The notes beneath the pieces were generated by a model. It was given only the letters and a program-made list of their open reading frames with translations, did not search any database and had not been told where the DNA came from. Shown one piece after another: positions 8,989 through 18,553 of a DNA stretch of 64,000 bases. Within the stretch, counting starts at the first letter, position 1. Every line of letters begins with the position of its first letter. Source of the stretch: a virus (Duplodnaviria; Heunggongvirae; Uroviricota; Caudoviricetes); the IMG/VR virus record IMGVR_UViG_3300013121_000008, positions 1-64,000 of that record. One strand, written 5' to 3'. Made by a program: the position numbers and the translations under genes.

Positions 8989-10173
8989 ATGTTTAATCCT
9001 TTTCTCAGTATTTTAGCTATGAAAGCAAAAGCCATAAAAAATTATTTTCTTGTTTCTCAAGAAGAAAGTAGACTAAATTCTTTAGGTTCTAATAAGCCTG
9101 TTGGCGGAGTTATTGGAGACGGAGCTTTAACTGAAGTTCCAGTTGAAGATCCAATTCCTGTTGAGGAACCAGTTTTAGAAGAAACTGGAAATGTAGAACA
9201 AGAAGATGAAGTATTGGTATCTGATGAAACAGGTGAAGTAGTTGAGCCTGTTGAGGAACCAGTCGTAGAAATTCCTACAGTAATTGAAGACGTTCATTCT
9301 TTAGATTTTTCTCCTGCTTTAAGTTTAAAAACAGATTCCTTAACTCTTAATGGAAAAGTTACTAGCGTAATTGCTTTTCATATGGATACTGGATCTTATT
9401 GGGAAAATATTTCTAATAAAACAGTTTTAGAAGGATATTTATCTGATTTTGAAGCAGTAACTCAAGAAGCTATTGATCATGGATTAAAATTACATATTAG
9501 TCCAACAACCGCAATTGCAAAAACTATGTCTAGTGTAAAAATTGGTGGTGTGCCACTTCCACAATACTTAAGTGATTCTGGTGTTTGGTTAGTTGACGCT
9601 CGTGCTCACAAAACTGAAAGCGCTGCAGAATGTGCTTATTGGCTTTATGAAGTTGGCGGTGCTAAATGGACTGGTGTTTTAGGAAGCTTTGAATCTTTAA
9701 ACGATTATAAGGGATTTAAAACTTATAATGGTAAAAGTTACAAATGGGGAATTTTAACAGGTTATCGTCCTTCACTTCATGCTAATGAAAGTTACGAAAC
9801 AGGTTTAATGGAAACTGGTTTTGGACAAATTAATATTCTTCCTGGTAGAGCTGATACAGTTGCTTTATCTAACTTAGCTAATAGATCAGTTTTATCTGGT
9901 TATTGTCCTTTCGTAGTAAGAACATGGAGATTTAATGTTCAAGCTCCATCTGATGGAAGTATTGGAAGATTCTTCTCGCCTAAAAGACACAACGATCCAA
10001 CAAAATCTTATTACTGGTTAGATGATGTTTTGATGACTTTAGATTTAGCAACTCCAAGAAATCCATTACAACTTTCTGATTATATTAGCGTTGCTAATGC
10101 GGCCATGAAAGAGAAGCTTTTAAATATCATTGTTGACGAATCAAAATATCCCGGAGCTTCTCCAGTAGAATAA
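8989..10173 (+). CDS. hypothetical protein with acidic PVEEP-repeat linker
   Basis: 394 aa; the only plus-strand gene in the left arm; N-terminal repeats EVPVEDPIPVEEPV...VEPVEEPVVEIP; followed by an intrinsic terminator. Confidence 0.5.
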   Translation: MFNPFLSILAMKAKAIKNYFLVSQEESRLNSLGSNKPVGGVIGDGALTEVPVEDPIPVEEPVLEETGNVEQEDEVLVSDETGEVVEPVEEPVVEIPTVIEDVHSLDFSPALSLKTDSLTLNGKVTSVIAFHMDTGSYWENISNKTVLEGYLSDFEAVTQEAIDHGLKLHISPTTAIAKTMSSVKIGGVPLPQYLSDSGVWLVDARAHKTESAAECAYWLYEVGGAKWTGVLGSFESLNDYKGFKTYNGKSYKWGILTGYRPSLHANESYETGLMETGFGQINILPGRADTVALSNLANRSVLSGYCPFVVRTWRFNVQAPSDGSIGRFFSPKRHNDPTKSYYWLDDVLMTLDLATPRNPLQLSDYISVANAAMKEKLLNIIVDESKYPGASPVE

Positions 10174-10200
10174 TAAAGATTAGGTTTAAGATTACATTAA

Positions 10201-10231
10201 AGAACCCGGCTTTCGCCGGGCTTCTTTTTAT
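10201..10231 (+). terminator. rho-independent terminator (bidirectional hairpin)
   Basis: AACCCGGCTTTCGCCGGGCTTCTTTTT: GC stem-loop plus T-tract directly after the stop of 8989..10173. Confidence 0.6.
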
Positions 10232-10329
10232 CTATTATTATTGCTTTAGGAACTAACTATGTTTTTTCAATTAGACTTTAATACAGTTTTCAATTATATT
10301 ATTTTCTAATTTGTAAACTTTTTAGTATT

Positions 10330-10785
10330 TTAAACTACGGCTACAGTTAGAACATCAGCAGTTGGCATGGCGTTCACTACCAATGCTTGTTCGTGGAGAT
10401 AGTTTGCTCTACCAATCGATAGGAAACCAACATCTGCTCTACGCCAACGAGTGTCAGCGGCAAGGTCTTCGTGTGTTTTGTAACGACGATAGCGAGGGTG
10501 CGTTGCGAGGAAGTGTTTGATAACGCTCTCGGCAAAAAGATTTTCAGTTCCACGAGGAATTTCACCATCGATATCCCCATTTGCAAGTCTTCCTCCGGCG
10601 ATTAAGCGAGCGATTCTTTTGCTGAAGAAGTCTACTCGCTTAAGACTGTCGCCTCGACCAGAAGCCTCTACGCAAAAAGCATGAGAGTATCTAATAATAT
10701 TATCTTCTACAGTGTAACTAAGAGTTACCGTACCGAATGAGTTACCAGACCGAACTAGATGAATGTAAGCATAACGTGTGTTCAT
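10330..10785 (-). CDS. hypothetical protein (GC-elevated gene)
   Basis: 151 aa ORF; GC content clearly higher than neighbours. Confidence 0.4.
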   Translation of the reverse strand: MNTRYAYIHLVRSGNSFGTVTLSYTVEDNIIRYSHAFCVEASGRGDSLKRVDFFSKRIARLIAGGRLANGDIDGEIPRGTENLFAESVIKHFLATHPRYRRYKTHEDLAADTRWRRADVGFLSIGRANYLHEQALVVNAMPTADVLTVAVV

Positions 10786-10948
10786 TTTATTTTATTCCTT
10801 TATATTATTTGTTAACTTTTGACGTGAATTCGAACTTCATACCCCTAAAGTGTTCGGAGTGCCTAAAGAACTCTTTACCTTTAAAAGTAAATGGGCCTTC
10901 ATAGTTGTATTGAATCTCTTCTTCTTTTTTCTTTTTAAAAAGTGACAT

Positions 10949-11197
10949 TTACGACCTTAAGTAATAGAAACTACCATCTGCTTTTCTTCTCGTGACGTTA
11001 GGAATAGCATTACGATAATTTCTCTCATGAACGAATAAAAGAGGTTCGTTACCTTCTCTATTGATAATGAGGTCTAATTTAATCGAAGCTTGACCCTTAG
11101 ATTCACTTTTGCCACCATTATTGGCATGTTTTCTTTTTCTTGCTCTTTTAACATATTTTCTGAAAGGTTCAGGAATTGCTCCGTTCTTTTGTGCCAT
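10949..11197 (-). CDS. hypothetical basic protein
   Basis: 82 aa, K/R-rich. Confidence 0.3.
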   Translation of the reverse strand: MAQKNGAIPEPFRKYVKRARKRKHANNGGKSESKGQASIKLDLIINREGNEPLLFVHERNYRNAIPNVTRRKADGSFYYLRS

Positions 11198-11408
11198 AAT
11201 TGCTCCTATTAAATTCTTGTTTTACAAATTCTTCATGTTTCATAGATTTTAAATCTTTATTTTCTTTTTCTAATTCTTTAATTCTTTTATCTTTTGACAT
11301 TTCTTCTTTAAAGAATATTAAAGTAGATTTAATCATTGGAACGAAAAAATTAACAATTAGAAGAGAAATTACAATTAAAAGTATAAAACTAATAGTACCT
11401 GTGGTCAT
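11169..11408 (-). CDS. hypothetical membrane protein
   Basis: 79 aa, N-terminal TM helix and charged coiled tail. Confidence 0.3.
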   Translation of the reverse strand: MTTGTISFILLIVISLLIVNFFVPMIKSTLIFFKEEMSKDKRIKELEKENKDLKSMKHEEFVKQEFNRSNYGTKERSNS

Positions 11409-11409
11409 T

Positions 11410-12306
11410 TTACTCTATTTCGATGAATGGAACTGCAGAGCCTGGAGGCATTGTAGTGGGTAATGAGCCAGACCATTTGTTGATTGCTGCTTCTTGAATT
11501 TCTAATCTACGAAGCTGCAGAACGTTTGGAGTTACTGAACGTGATAGTAAATCATTCATTTCTGCTTGTGCTCTTGCTTGAATGAGTTGTGCTTCTGCTT
11601 CTGCTTGGGCTTGAGCTAAGCGTTTCTCGCCCTCAGCTCTAACCGTTGCTACTTCATTACGAGCTTGAATAGCCGTCTGCGTTGCTACGTTAGCATTAGC
11701 CATTGCAGTCTTAATTGATTCTGGAAGTCTTACATCAGAGGTTAAAGTAACTCGTGTAATAAGTAAACCGTAATCATGGTAAGTCTTTGCAGTGCGTTCG
11801 GTAACACAAAGCATTAATTCTTGTTTACCTTCGCCATATATCTGTTCAACAGTCATATGTGACGCACACATGTTTAATGAGTCACGAACTGTATCTCTAA
11901 CTCGACCGTCTATGGTTTGATTGAGATTTGGTCCATAAGTACGAACCATTCGAATGATTGTGTCGTCATTAGTCGTATCGATACGATAAGCAACACCAAC
12001 ATCAATATTAACTGGCTGTCCGTCTTTACCAGCGAAGGTGATACTCTCATCAGTTTCAGAACCTTCATCTTCGGAACGAGTCCAAACGGCTCGTTCCTCC
12101 ATTACTGGTAGAGGATAGTAATCAGTATTTGGCGAAAATCCTGGCCAATAGCGACCGCCACGACGAATTGAGTATCTACTGTCTTCACTTGCAGAGTTTA
12201 GCTTTACTTCTAAGATTACGTGTCCCGGCTCAGTTGATGCACAACCGGGGACAAAAGACATTAGAATTGCAAACATAGCCATTGAAAAGAAACTTAGATG
12301 ACGCAT
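11410..12306 (-). CDS. SPFH/Band-7 (prohibitin/HflKC-like) domain lipoprotein
   Basis: Signal peptide with lipobox-like VPGC, an SPFH-like core (YGPNLNQTIDGRVRDTVRD...EQIYG.GKQEL...ITRVTLTSDVRLPESIKTAM) and an Ala/Gln-rich coiled coil (AQAQAEAEAQLIQARAQAE). Confidence 0.55.
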   Translation of the reverse strand: MRHLSFFSMAMFAILMSFVPGCASTEPGHVILEVKLNSASEDSRYSIRRGGRYWPGFSPNTDYYPLPVMEERAVWTRSEDEGSETDESITFAGKDGQPVNIDVGVAYRIDTTNDDTIIRMVRTYGPNLNQTIDGRVRDTVRDSLNMCASHMTVEQIYGEGKQELMLCVTERTAKTYHDYGLLITRVTLTSDVRLPESIKTAMANANVATQTAIQARNEVATVRAEGEKRLAQAQAEAEAQLIQARAQAEMNDLLSRSVTPNVLQLRRLEIQEAAINKWSGSLPTTMPPGSAVPFIEIE

Positions 12307-12337
12307 TTTTTATAATTCTCCTTAATTTTTTAATACT

Positions 12338-12706
12338 TTATAGTTCACTTATTTTGAAATTATTCCAATTTCCATCATTATCAATGTAATAAATTTTATT
12401 CAATTCGGTTCTTTTTATATGTTGAAGACAATGAAAACACGGTTTAGATATGGCTGGATTACCATTCTTTGAAAATCTTATAACATATAAATCCAAACCT
12501 TTTAGTGAACCAAACTTTTTAGAAGCTTTATCTATTGCATCCATTTCGGCATGAGCGCAATAAGCTTCTCCATTTCTATAAACTCTTTTGAACTTAGTAG
12601 ACTTTCTTTGTCCATTAACTCCAAAAACAGTAGTATTACCCTTTTGAATCCATGCAGTTAAATGAAAAGCATGATTATTATTTAATGCAATTTTACGAAC
12701 GTTGTC
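12338..12706 (-). CDS. deoxycytidylate/cytidine deaminase-like (zinc CDA fold); no canonical start codon upstream of catalytic motif
   Basis: In-frame region encodes ...TAWIQKGNTTVFGVNG...YCAHAEMDAI...PCFHC... (HAE and PCxxC zinc motifs). The first ATG lies after the HAE motif. The frame is open to a TAG at 12707-12709 and contains no ATG/GTG/TTG before it. Confidence 0.45.
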   Translation of the reverse strand, partial: DNVRKIALNNNHAFHLTAWIQKGNTTVFGVNGQRKSTKFKRVYRNGEAYCAHAEMDAIDKASKKFGSLKGLDLYVIRFSKNGNPAISKPCFHCLQHIKRTELNKIYYIDNDGNWNNFKISEL

Positions 12707-12721
12707 CTAGACGCACCTTCA

Positions 12722-12979
12722 TTATAAATCCTTAAATTCGTTGTTCATGTCATTTTTGGCATCATAGAATCCTTTGCCAAAGCCTTCTTTAAATTCTTTA
12801 TAATGTCTTTTTAAATCTTCTAAAGTTGTATCGTTTGCTATTCCAGCAAGATAAACAAGTAAAACTAATAGTAATCCTATGCCTATCGAAATAAGTTTAA
12901 CTCCAACAAATTTAATCTGAATGATTAAAAAGGTAATTATTAAGACGATTAAAGAGATAAAAGAATATAAATTATTCAT
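12722..12979 (-). CDS. hypothetical membrane protein
   Basis: 85 aa, two TM helices. Confidence 0.35.
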   Translation of the reverse strand: MNNLYSFISLIVLIITFLIIQIKFVGVKLISIGIGLLLVLLVYLAGIANDTTLEDLKRHYKEFKEGFGKGFYDAKNDMNNEFKDL

Positions 12980-13007
12980 AATTATCCTAATTTGATATTA
13001 ATATATT

Positions 13008-13223
13008 TTAATAGTAATATACTTTCCAACCTTTTTTGGTTTTTATAATAGAATGAATTTTCCATTTATTTTTTATTAAATTCTTTACTATCGAATCATA
13101 ATCAGAAAAAGAATTCATTTCTATGTATTGTGAAGAAGTTGGGCGCTTTATTAAGTGCCCAATTCTTCTTTTTACTATTTCTATAATTAGATTTAAAACT
13201 CTAATTATATTATCTTGTTCCAT
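13008..13223 (-). CDS. hypothetical protein
   Basis: 71 aa ORF. Confidence 0.25.
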   Translation of the reverse strand: MEQDNIIRVLNLIIEIVKRRIGHLIKRPTSSQYIEMNSFSDYDSIVKNLIKNKWKIHSIIKTKKGWKVYYY

Positions 13224-13348
13224 TGCTTTTCGCAGGAATATTTTTCTTTGCGTATTGTGAATCTAATTTCTTGGGGTCGCCTTTCCAATCGCCATTGGCA
13301 ATCTTTTTAGCTTTCCAATTTTCAAACCCATTATCAGTAGCTTTAACG

Positions 13349-13654
13349 TTATCCATTTTTATTTTTCTCCTTTTTATATATACTAATTATCAAAAACGAT
13401 GAATATAAAACTCCTATGATTCTTCCGATATCTTTTGAAAGTTTATATTCAACATACCAGAATAAGGCAAAAAGTACCATTTTCTGAATTATATTTGTAA
13501 TTCCTAATACCAAAATTATTGGTGGGAATATTACAAATAAAACATAGGTAAGAAAAGCAAAAGAAACCATTGTTGTAAATAATACAAGCGTTCCTATCGA
13601 TTGTAGAGTTTCTGAATCCTTTCGTATTTCATCAGAAGTTTCTTTTAAGGTCAT
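13349..13654 (-). CDS. hypothetical membrane protein
   Basis: 101 aa, multiple TM helices. Confidence 0.3.
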   Translation of the reverse strand: MTLKETSDEIRKDSETLQSIGTLVLFTTMVSFAFLTYVLFVIFPPIILVLGITNIIQKMVLFALFWYVEYKLSKDIGRIIGVLYSSFLIISIYKKEKNKNG

Positions 13655-13768
13655 TCTTGTTCTCTCATTTCTTTTCTTGCTTGTTTTTCTAATTTCTTTC
13701 TTTTTTTATCCTCATGAGGGCCGGCACCACTTCTTTGAAAAGCATCTACAGCCCAAGGGTTTGCATAT

Positions 13769-14149
13769 TTAATTTTCTTTTTCATTTTCTTTTTCATATA
13801 TTTTACTAAATTTTTGGAACTCTTCTATAATAGCTTTTTCAAAATTAGTTTTATTTTCAACTTGATAAGCAGTTAAGAATATTCTTCCTATATATTTCAT
13901 TATTAAGTCATCAAATAAATAAGAATTGTAAACAATTTTATTTAATTCATCTACTGCTAATTTTTCTATTTCTTCTTCTGGAATGCTTAGAGTAATGAAT
14001 TTATTTGTTTGATAATATATTCTTCTGTTTCCTTCTAATTGACTTAAAGTTCTTTCAGGAAATTCAGTAATAACTTCTGCTAAAATTATTGGCCCTAATT
14101 TAACTATTAAAAGAAATATTTTGTTTTCATTTCTAATTATTTTATTCAT
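13769..14149 (-). CDS. hypothetical protein
   Basis: 126 aa ORF. Confidence 0.35.
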   Translation of the reverse strand: MNKIIRNENKIFLLIVKLGPIILAEVITEFPERTLSQLEGNRRIYYQTNKFITLSIPEEEIEKLAVDELNKIVYNSYLFDDLIMKYIGRIFLTAYQVENKTNFEKAIIEEFQKFSKIYEKENEKEN

Positions 14150-14390
14150 TTTTTAATAAAATTTCTCCATATATAAAGAAATGATTTTTATATAATTCAA
14201 ATACTTCTTTATTATCCAGTTCAATCATATAAGAATAATAATATTCTTTAATGCCATCTGGAATATTTACTTTAATTATTTTTCCTTCTTGATTTCTTAA
14301 TTCGTGTGGAACATTGCCTTTCAGAATTATTCTATCGTTTTCTTTTAAAACATTAGGATTTAATAATTTTATCAATTCTTCTTTTTTCAT
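14142..14390 (-). CDS. hypothetical protein
   Basis: 82 aa ORF, 8-nt overlap with downstream gene. Confidence 0.3.
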   Translation of the reverse strand: MKKEELIKLLNPNVLKENDRIILKGNVPHELRNQEGKIIKVNIPDGIKEYYYSYMIELDNKEVFELYKNHFFIYGEILLKNE

Positions 14391-14405
14391 TTAATTCCAT
14401 TAAGA

Positions 14406-14481
14406 TGGCGGGAGAACATGGATTCGAACCAAGGACCCGCAGATTAACAATCTGCTGCTCTGCCTGCTGAGCTATACTCCC
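14406..14481 (-). tRNA. tRNA-Asn(GTT), CCA encoded
   Basis: GGGAGTA TA GCTCAGCAGGCAGAGC A GCAGATTGTTAATCTGC ... TTCGAAT ... CCA. Confidence 0.6.
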
Positions 14482-14879
14482 TAAGATAGATTTTCTCTAT
14501 TATTTAATAAAAATTCTTTTAACTTTTCTCTTGAATCTATATTATTTATCTTTAAAGCTTGGCTTAAAGGAAACCATGCCTCTTGTATTTTTACATATAC
14601 GGTTAGACCCTTAATTTTTGCCCAATCTCTTACTAAATTAGGCAAATAAACTCCATTATAGATTCTATCAGAACCGTATTCTGTTATTTTGCCGTATACA
14701 TTTGATTTATTAGTTCTTATTTCTACAATTCCATCTTTTAAGGCAGCTAAACAAATTAATCCTTCTGGATTATAAGTATCTGATTTTATAATATGGAAAA
14801 AGAATTGATCTTGACAAATAATGTTTAATGAATTATCTTCTATTAATTCAATCCATCTTTCAAATACATATTCATTCAT
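14481..14879 (-). CDS. hypothetical protein
   Basis: 132 aa ORF. Confidence 0.35.
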   Translation of the reverse strand: MNEYVFERWIELIEDNSLNIICQDQFFFHIIKSDTYNPEGLICLAALKDGIVEIRTNKSNVYGKITEYGSDRIYNGVYLPNLVRDWAKIKGLTVYVKIQEAWFPLSQALKINNIDSREKLKEFLLNNRENLS

Positions 14880-14910
14880 TTATCTGCCTTTCAGTTATGT
14901 AATTTTAATA

Positions 14911-14987
14911 TGGTAATCCCAACGAGATTTGAACTCGTGCTACCGGGGTGAAGGCCCAGCGTTCTAACCTGGCTAAACTATAGGATC
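14911..14987 (-). tRNA. tRNA-Glu(TTC), CCA encoded
   Basis: GATCCTA TA GTTTAGCCAGGTTAGAAC G CTGGGCCTTCACCCCGG ... ACGAG-TTCAAAT-CTCGT-TGGGATT-A-CCA. Confidence 0.55.
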
Positions 14988-15407
14988 ATATTTTGTGATT
15001 TTATTCAATAATGGACAAATGTATTTTATGTTATCTTTTTTCTTATTTTCAAAATACCATACAATATAGTCCATTATAAAACTATCTAATTCGTTTATTA
15101 AGTTTTTTTGAAACATTAAACCTATAACTGCTTCAAAAATAGTTCCAATTGAATGTTCGCTGGTAATTGTGTATCTATCCATAATACTATTTTTAATTTT
15201 TAAGTCAGAGATAAATTGATTCATACTCTGATTACGAACTATTTCATCGTAAATAGTACCCTTTTCTTTTTCGAGTAGAGAAAGAAGAATTAATCTTACT
15301 TTGAGGTTTATATAGGAATCACCTAACCATGCTAAATCTTTTCTTTGGTTTCTGTTTGTTTTTTGTAATTCAGATAGATAAATCTCAAAATTTTTAAAGG
15401 TTTTCAT
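14973..15407 (-). CDS. mini-RNase III-like (ribonuclease III catalytic domain only)
   Basis: LAWLGDSYINLKVRLILL resembles the RNase III signature E-x-L-E-F-LGD; later FEAVIGLMF resembles FEALIGAIY; 144 aa, no dsRBD. Confidence 0.45.
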   Translation of the reverse strand: MKTFKNFEIYLSELQKTNRNQRKDLAWLGDSYINLKVRLILLSLLEKEKGTIYDEIVRNQSMNQFISDLKIKNSIMDRYTITSEHSIGTIFEAVIGLMFQKNLINELDSFIMDYIVWYFENKKKDNIKYICPLLNKITKYDPIV

Positions 15408-15966
15408 TTCCTTTTTCTTTTAGTTCGTTTCTAATTTTCATTAGAAGTATTCCAAGATGATTGGAACCCTTTCCGTTACATACTCCCCAGAAAGTATCTC
15501 CCCAGGTATTGCCTTCTATTAGTTTTGCGTCGCCAGTTTCCAAAAGCATTTTAGCCAGTTCGGTGTTTGGTGCAAATTTTTGACGAAGTAAATCTTCCAT
15601 TACTATAAGTCTACGACTATCCCAATCCTTAGAGGCATTAGTAAGCCCCTTTGGAGGAGCAGAACCTAATCTTTTAGCGAGGCCAGGAGAATCAACTTCT
15701 CTTATTCTTTTTCTTATAGCGGAGTCGTAAGATTTAGCAGCCTGATAGGCATGTTCAGTAGATGGATAGGTTTCGCCTTCGAATTCAACATCTACAAGAT
15801 GAAAATTAGAAAGAAATCTATATTTAAATCTAAAATCATCTATAACATTTGCTTTATTTTTCATTACTTCTTTTCTCGCCAATTCTTTTTCTTGATCAAT
15901 TAACTTATGTATTTCTTCTTTTGTAATTTTATCTTTCGACATTGATTTGTTTTCTATAGCGTTCAC
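15394..15966 (-). CDS. NADAR (YbiA-like, DUF1768) domain protein
   Basis: FLSNFHLVDVEFEGETYPSTEHAYQAAK...EGNTWGDTFWGVC...HLGILLMKIR matches the characteristic NADAR motifs. Confidence 0.75.
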   Translation of the reverse strand: MNAIENKSMSKDKITKEEIHKLIDQEKELARKEVMKNKANVIDDFRFKYRFLSNFHLVDVEFEGETYPSTEHAYQAAKSYDSAIRKRIREVDSPGLAKRLGSAPPKGLTNASKDWDSRRLIVMEDLLRQKFAPNTELAKMLLETGDAKLIEGNTWGDTFWGVCNGKGSNHLGILLMKIRNELKEKGNENL

Positions 15967-16216
15967 AATTTTTATTTGCGTTTTTACAAGGAATACAATC
16001 TATACTTGTACCTTGATAAGTAACAGTTATATAACAAATAACATCTTCGTTTACAACATTGTGTAAATCTACACGATTGTCTGATGCATTATTTACTCTA
16101 CCTAAATAATTACCAATTTTATCTGTAGATTGAAGACTGAATGCAGAAGTAGCATTTTGTGTAGGGACGCAAGAAGTTAAAATTAGAATTATGAATGCAA
16201 CGATAACATATTTCAT
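15929..16216 (-). CDS. hypothetical lipoprotein
   Basis: 95 aa; signal peptide ending in LTSC lipobox. Confidence 0.35.
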   Translation of the reverse strand: MKYVIVAFIILILTSCVPTQNATSAFSLQSTDKIGNYLGRVNNASDNRVDLHNVVNEDVICYITVTYQGTSIDCIPCKNANKNCERYRKQINVER

Positions 16217-16228
16217 TTTACAAACTCT

Positions 16229-16552
16229 TTAACTTAATTTATAATTATTAGCCATTAAAACCAAAGTCACAGCATGGCAAGGATTGGGAACACACCAGCA
16301 AATTAAATCTTTACCTTCTAATTTAGGTAATTCTTTAATTAATTCAGTTTGTCCATATAACCAATTTCGATGAGCTTCAACTGCTTCTTCTGGTGTTTTA
16401 ACTCTATTTTTAGCTAAGCCATAGTTTAAATGAGTAAAATTGTTTCCCCATTTACTAGGTCTTCCCACATAAATAGCATTTTTAGGAATGAATTTATCTG
16501 TTTTTTTATTATAGACTTTAATAGGACCTTTATTTGTTTCTATTATAATCAT
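16229..16552 (-). CDS. DUF4326-like protein
   Basis: YVGRPSKWGNNF ... LICWCVPNPCHA pattern typical of DUF4326, a family found in NAD/ADP-ribose gene contexts. Confidence 0.45.
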   Translation of the reverse strand: MIIIETNKGPIKVYNKKTDKFIPKNAIYVGRPSKWGNNFTHLNYGLAKNRVKTPEEAVEAHRNWLYGQTELIKELPKLEGKDLICWCVPNPCHAVTLVLMANNYKLS

Positions 16553-17085
16553 AAACTTCCTATATCTATATGTATTTTGTTAGGAGTAGTAGCCATATCC
16601 CAAGTATGTTTAGTTCCACCATCTTTAGGAATATTACCATTATTATAGGTTAAAGCTATTATGTATTGAGACTTAGCGACTCTACTGTTCCGAGCCTTAA
16701 ATCCAGGCCAATTACAAACGACAGCCTTTTGATCAATAGCCATCCACAATTGGAATAAAGAATCAACTCCCATATTATCTGAAAACTTTTTGTGGTAATA
16801 ATTAGATATTTCAGCATCTTTACTACCAACAAAACATCTTTTATCCATATCGAACTTAGCAGGTAAATGTAGAATAAGCTGTTTTGCAAATCCATTTAGA
16901 TACTGAATAACAGCAACATGGTCGGCCCAAGCTGCTCCACCAGATACTAATATTCTATCCTCTCTAGAACCAATATCACAAAGAATTTCATTTACCTTGA
17001 TATTCATCTTAGTAAAGACACCTTGATTTAACTTTGCGGCATCATCATTTCTTCCAGCAGTTCCAATGATAGAAATAGAAGTCAT
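16549..17085 (-). CDS. SLOG-superfamily (LOG/DprA-like Rossmann) protein, putative
   Basis: ISIIGTAGRND...ILVSGGAAWADHVAV resembles the nucleotide-binding motifs of LOG/SLOG proteins. Confidence 0.35.
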   Translation of the reverse strand: MTSISIIGTAGRNDDAAKLNQGVFTKMNIKVNEILCDIGSREDRILVSGGAAWADHVAVIQYLNGFAKQLILHLPAKFDMDKRCFVGSKDAEISNYYHKKFSDNMGVDSLFQLWMAIDQKAVVCNWPGFKARNSRVAKSQYIIALTYNNGNIPKDGGTKHTWDMATTPNKIHIDIGSL

Positions 17086-17238
17086 TTATGTCCTTACTCT
17101 TGATTAATAGGAAAACCAATTAGTTGTAACCATTTTGTAAAATAGATATATAATTATTCCAGCTATTATTGTATTGAGTAACATATATATAAAAAATATA
17201 GTTAACAATGTACTAGATATTGTCATTTGTTTTCCTCT

Positions 17239-17955
17239 TTATTTTTCTTTAAAAGTAGGCATTAACCAAAGACCACTATCGAAAAAGAATTCAGAATATT
17301 CGTGATCTATTTTATGCAGAGTTTTTAATGTTTTAACTGTATTGTAATTAAAACACTTGTATAATTCTTCTCTTATTCTTTCTTTTGATGTTGATTCTAA
17401 TTTAGGAATCCAATAAGAAGACTCAAAAAATACTTGGTTAAAGATTTCTTTTACAGGAATCAAATCTTTTGTAATCCAAAATCTTAGTGCCCTAATGATT
17501 CTAAGAGAATCTTCATTGAATCTTTTATTTAGATCGCCAACAGTTCTAAGCTGTTTATTATCGATGTCTATTAAACCATTATGAGGGTCTATATAGTTAC
17601 CTTGTTCATCTATAGCAATAGCGTTTACGGTGAAATCACGACGCGCTAAATCATCGAGTATAGTACCCGAATTTACATAATCAGGTCTTCTACCATCGGT
17701 ATAAGGTCCATCTATACGACAATAGACATAATCTACTGCTCCCATTTTAGGATGTAAAGCTCTAATTGTAAAATATTCGTCATTGATTAAGTATATTTCA
17801 TTATATTTACGAATATACTCTTTCATTTCTTCCCAGGAAGGAGCTTCAACTGCAAAATCTATATCTTTAGATTTTATCCCTAATATTTGGTCTCTTACAG
17901 AGCCACCAACTTGATATATTTTAATAGACATTTTTACTCTTGTTGGCAAGAACAT
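17239..17955 (-). CDS. tRNA nucleotidyltransferase (CCA-adding enzyme) head domain
   Basis: IYQVGGSVRDQILGIKSKDIDFAV is the Pol-beta-type GG-x-VRD...D-x-D signature of CCA-adding enzymes / poly(A) polymerases; 238 aa. Confidence 0.6.
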   Translation of the reverse strand: MFLPTRVKMSIKIYQVGGSVRDQILGIKSKDIDFAVEAPSWEEMKEYIRKYNEIYLINDEYFTIRALHPKMGAVDYVYCRIDGPYTDGRRPDYVNSGTILDDLARRDFTVNAIAIDEQGNYIDPHNGLIDIDNKQLRTVGDLNKRFNEDSLRIIRALRFWITKDLIPVKEIFNQVFFESSYWIPKLESTSKERIREELYKCFNYNTVKTLKTLHKIDHEYSEFFFDSGLWLMPTFKEK

Positions 17956-18146
17956 TCTCTTCTATCAGCATAATATCTGTAAGGTCCTTTGCAAAGTTCT
18001 AAACATTTTTGTTCTTGTTGTTGATGCATTTCATCATTAGTTTTTATATACGAACAAACATTAGGAACAAATATAATAAAAGCTGTTAAAATTGATATTA
18101 TTAAAATATTCCCCCTATCCAAAATAATTTCAAATATACGAATCAT
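17934..18146 (-). CDS. hypothetical small membrane Cys-rich protein
   Basis: 70 aa ORF. Confidence 0.3.
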   Translation of the reverse strand: MIRIFEIILDRGNILIISILTAFIIFVPNVCSYIKTNDEMHQQQEQKCLELCKGPYRYYADRRECSCQQE

Positions 18147-18169
18147 TTTGTTTCCTTTTTAAATTAAAG

Positions 18170-18246
18170 TGGTGTATCCGGAGGGACTTGAACCCACAAC
18201 CTACAGGGTAGAAACCTGTTGCTCTATCCAATTGAGCTACGGATAC
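18170..18246 (-). tRNA. tRNA-Arg(TCT), CCA encoded
   Basis: GTATCCG TA GCTCAATTGGATAGAGC A ACAGGTTTCTACCCTGT ... GTGGG-TTCAAGT-CCCTC-CGGATAC-A-CCA; perfect acceptor. Confidence 0.65.
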
Positions 18247-18553
18247 TTAATTATGGCCTAGGAAATCACCATACGCTGCGTTTCTCCTTTCGACAGGGTT
18301 TTCGCCTGCTTGTGATTGGGAGCATCCAACCTACGTTCTTCAGAATGCTAATTTTCGTGGAATTATGAAAATAAAAAAATAAAAAAACTCCACTATCTTT
18401 GAACGGCGAATTACAGTTATCCAATTTTTGCTTTATGAATCAGGATAATTGGCAATCCTGTTTATATTCGACGGTGCAATTTACCCAACCGTGACGGGCT
18501 CAGTCTTTCCTGAGAGTCAAGGGGCGACTTCCGCCGCCCTCCACCACTTCCGA

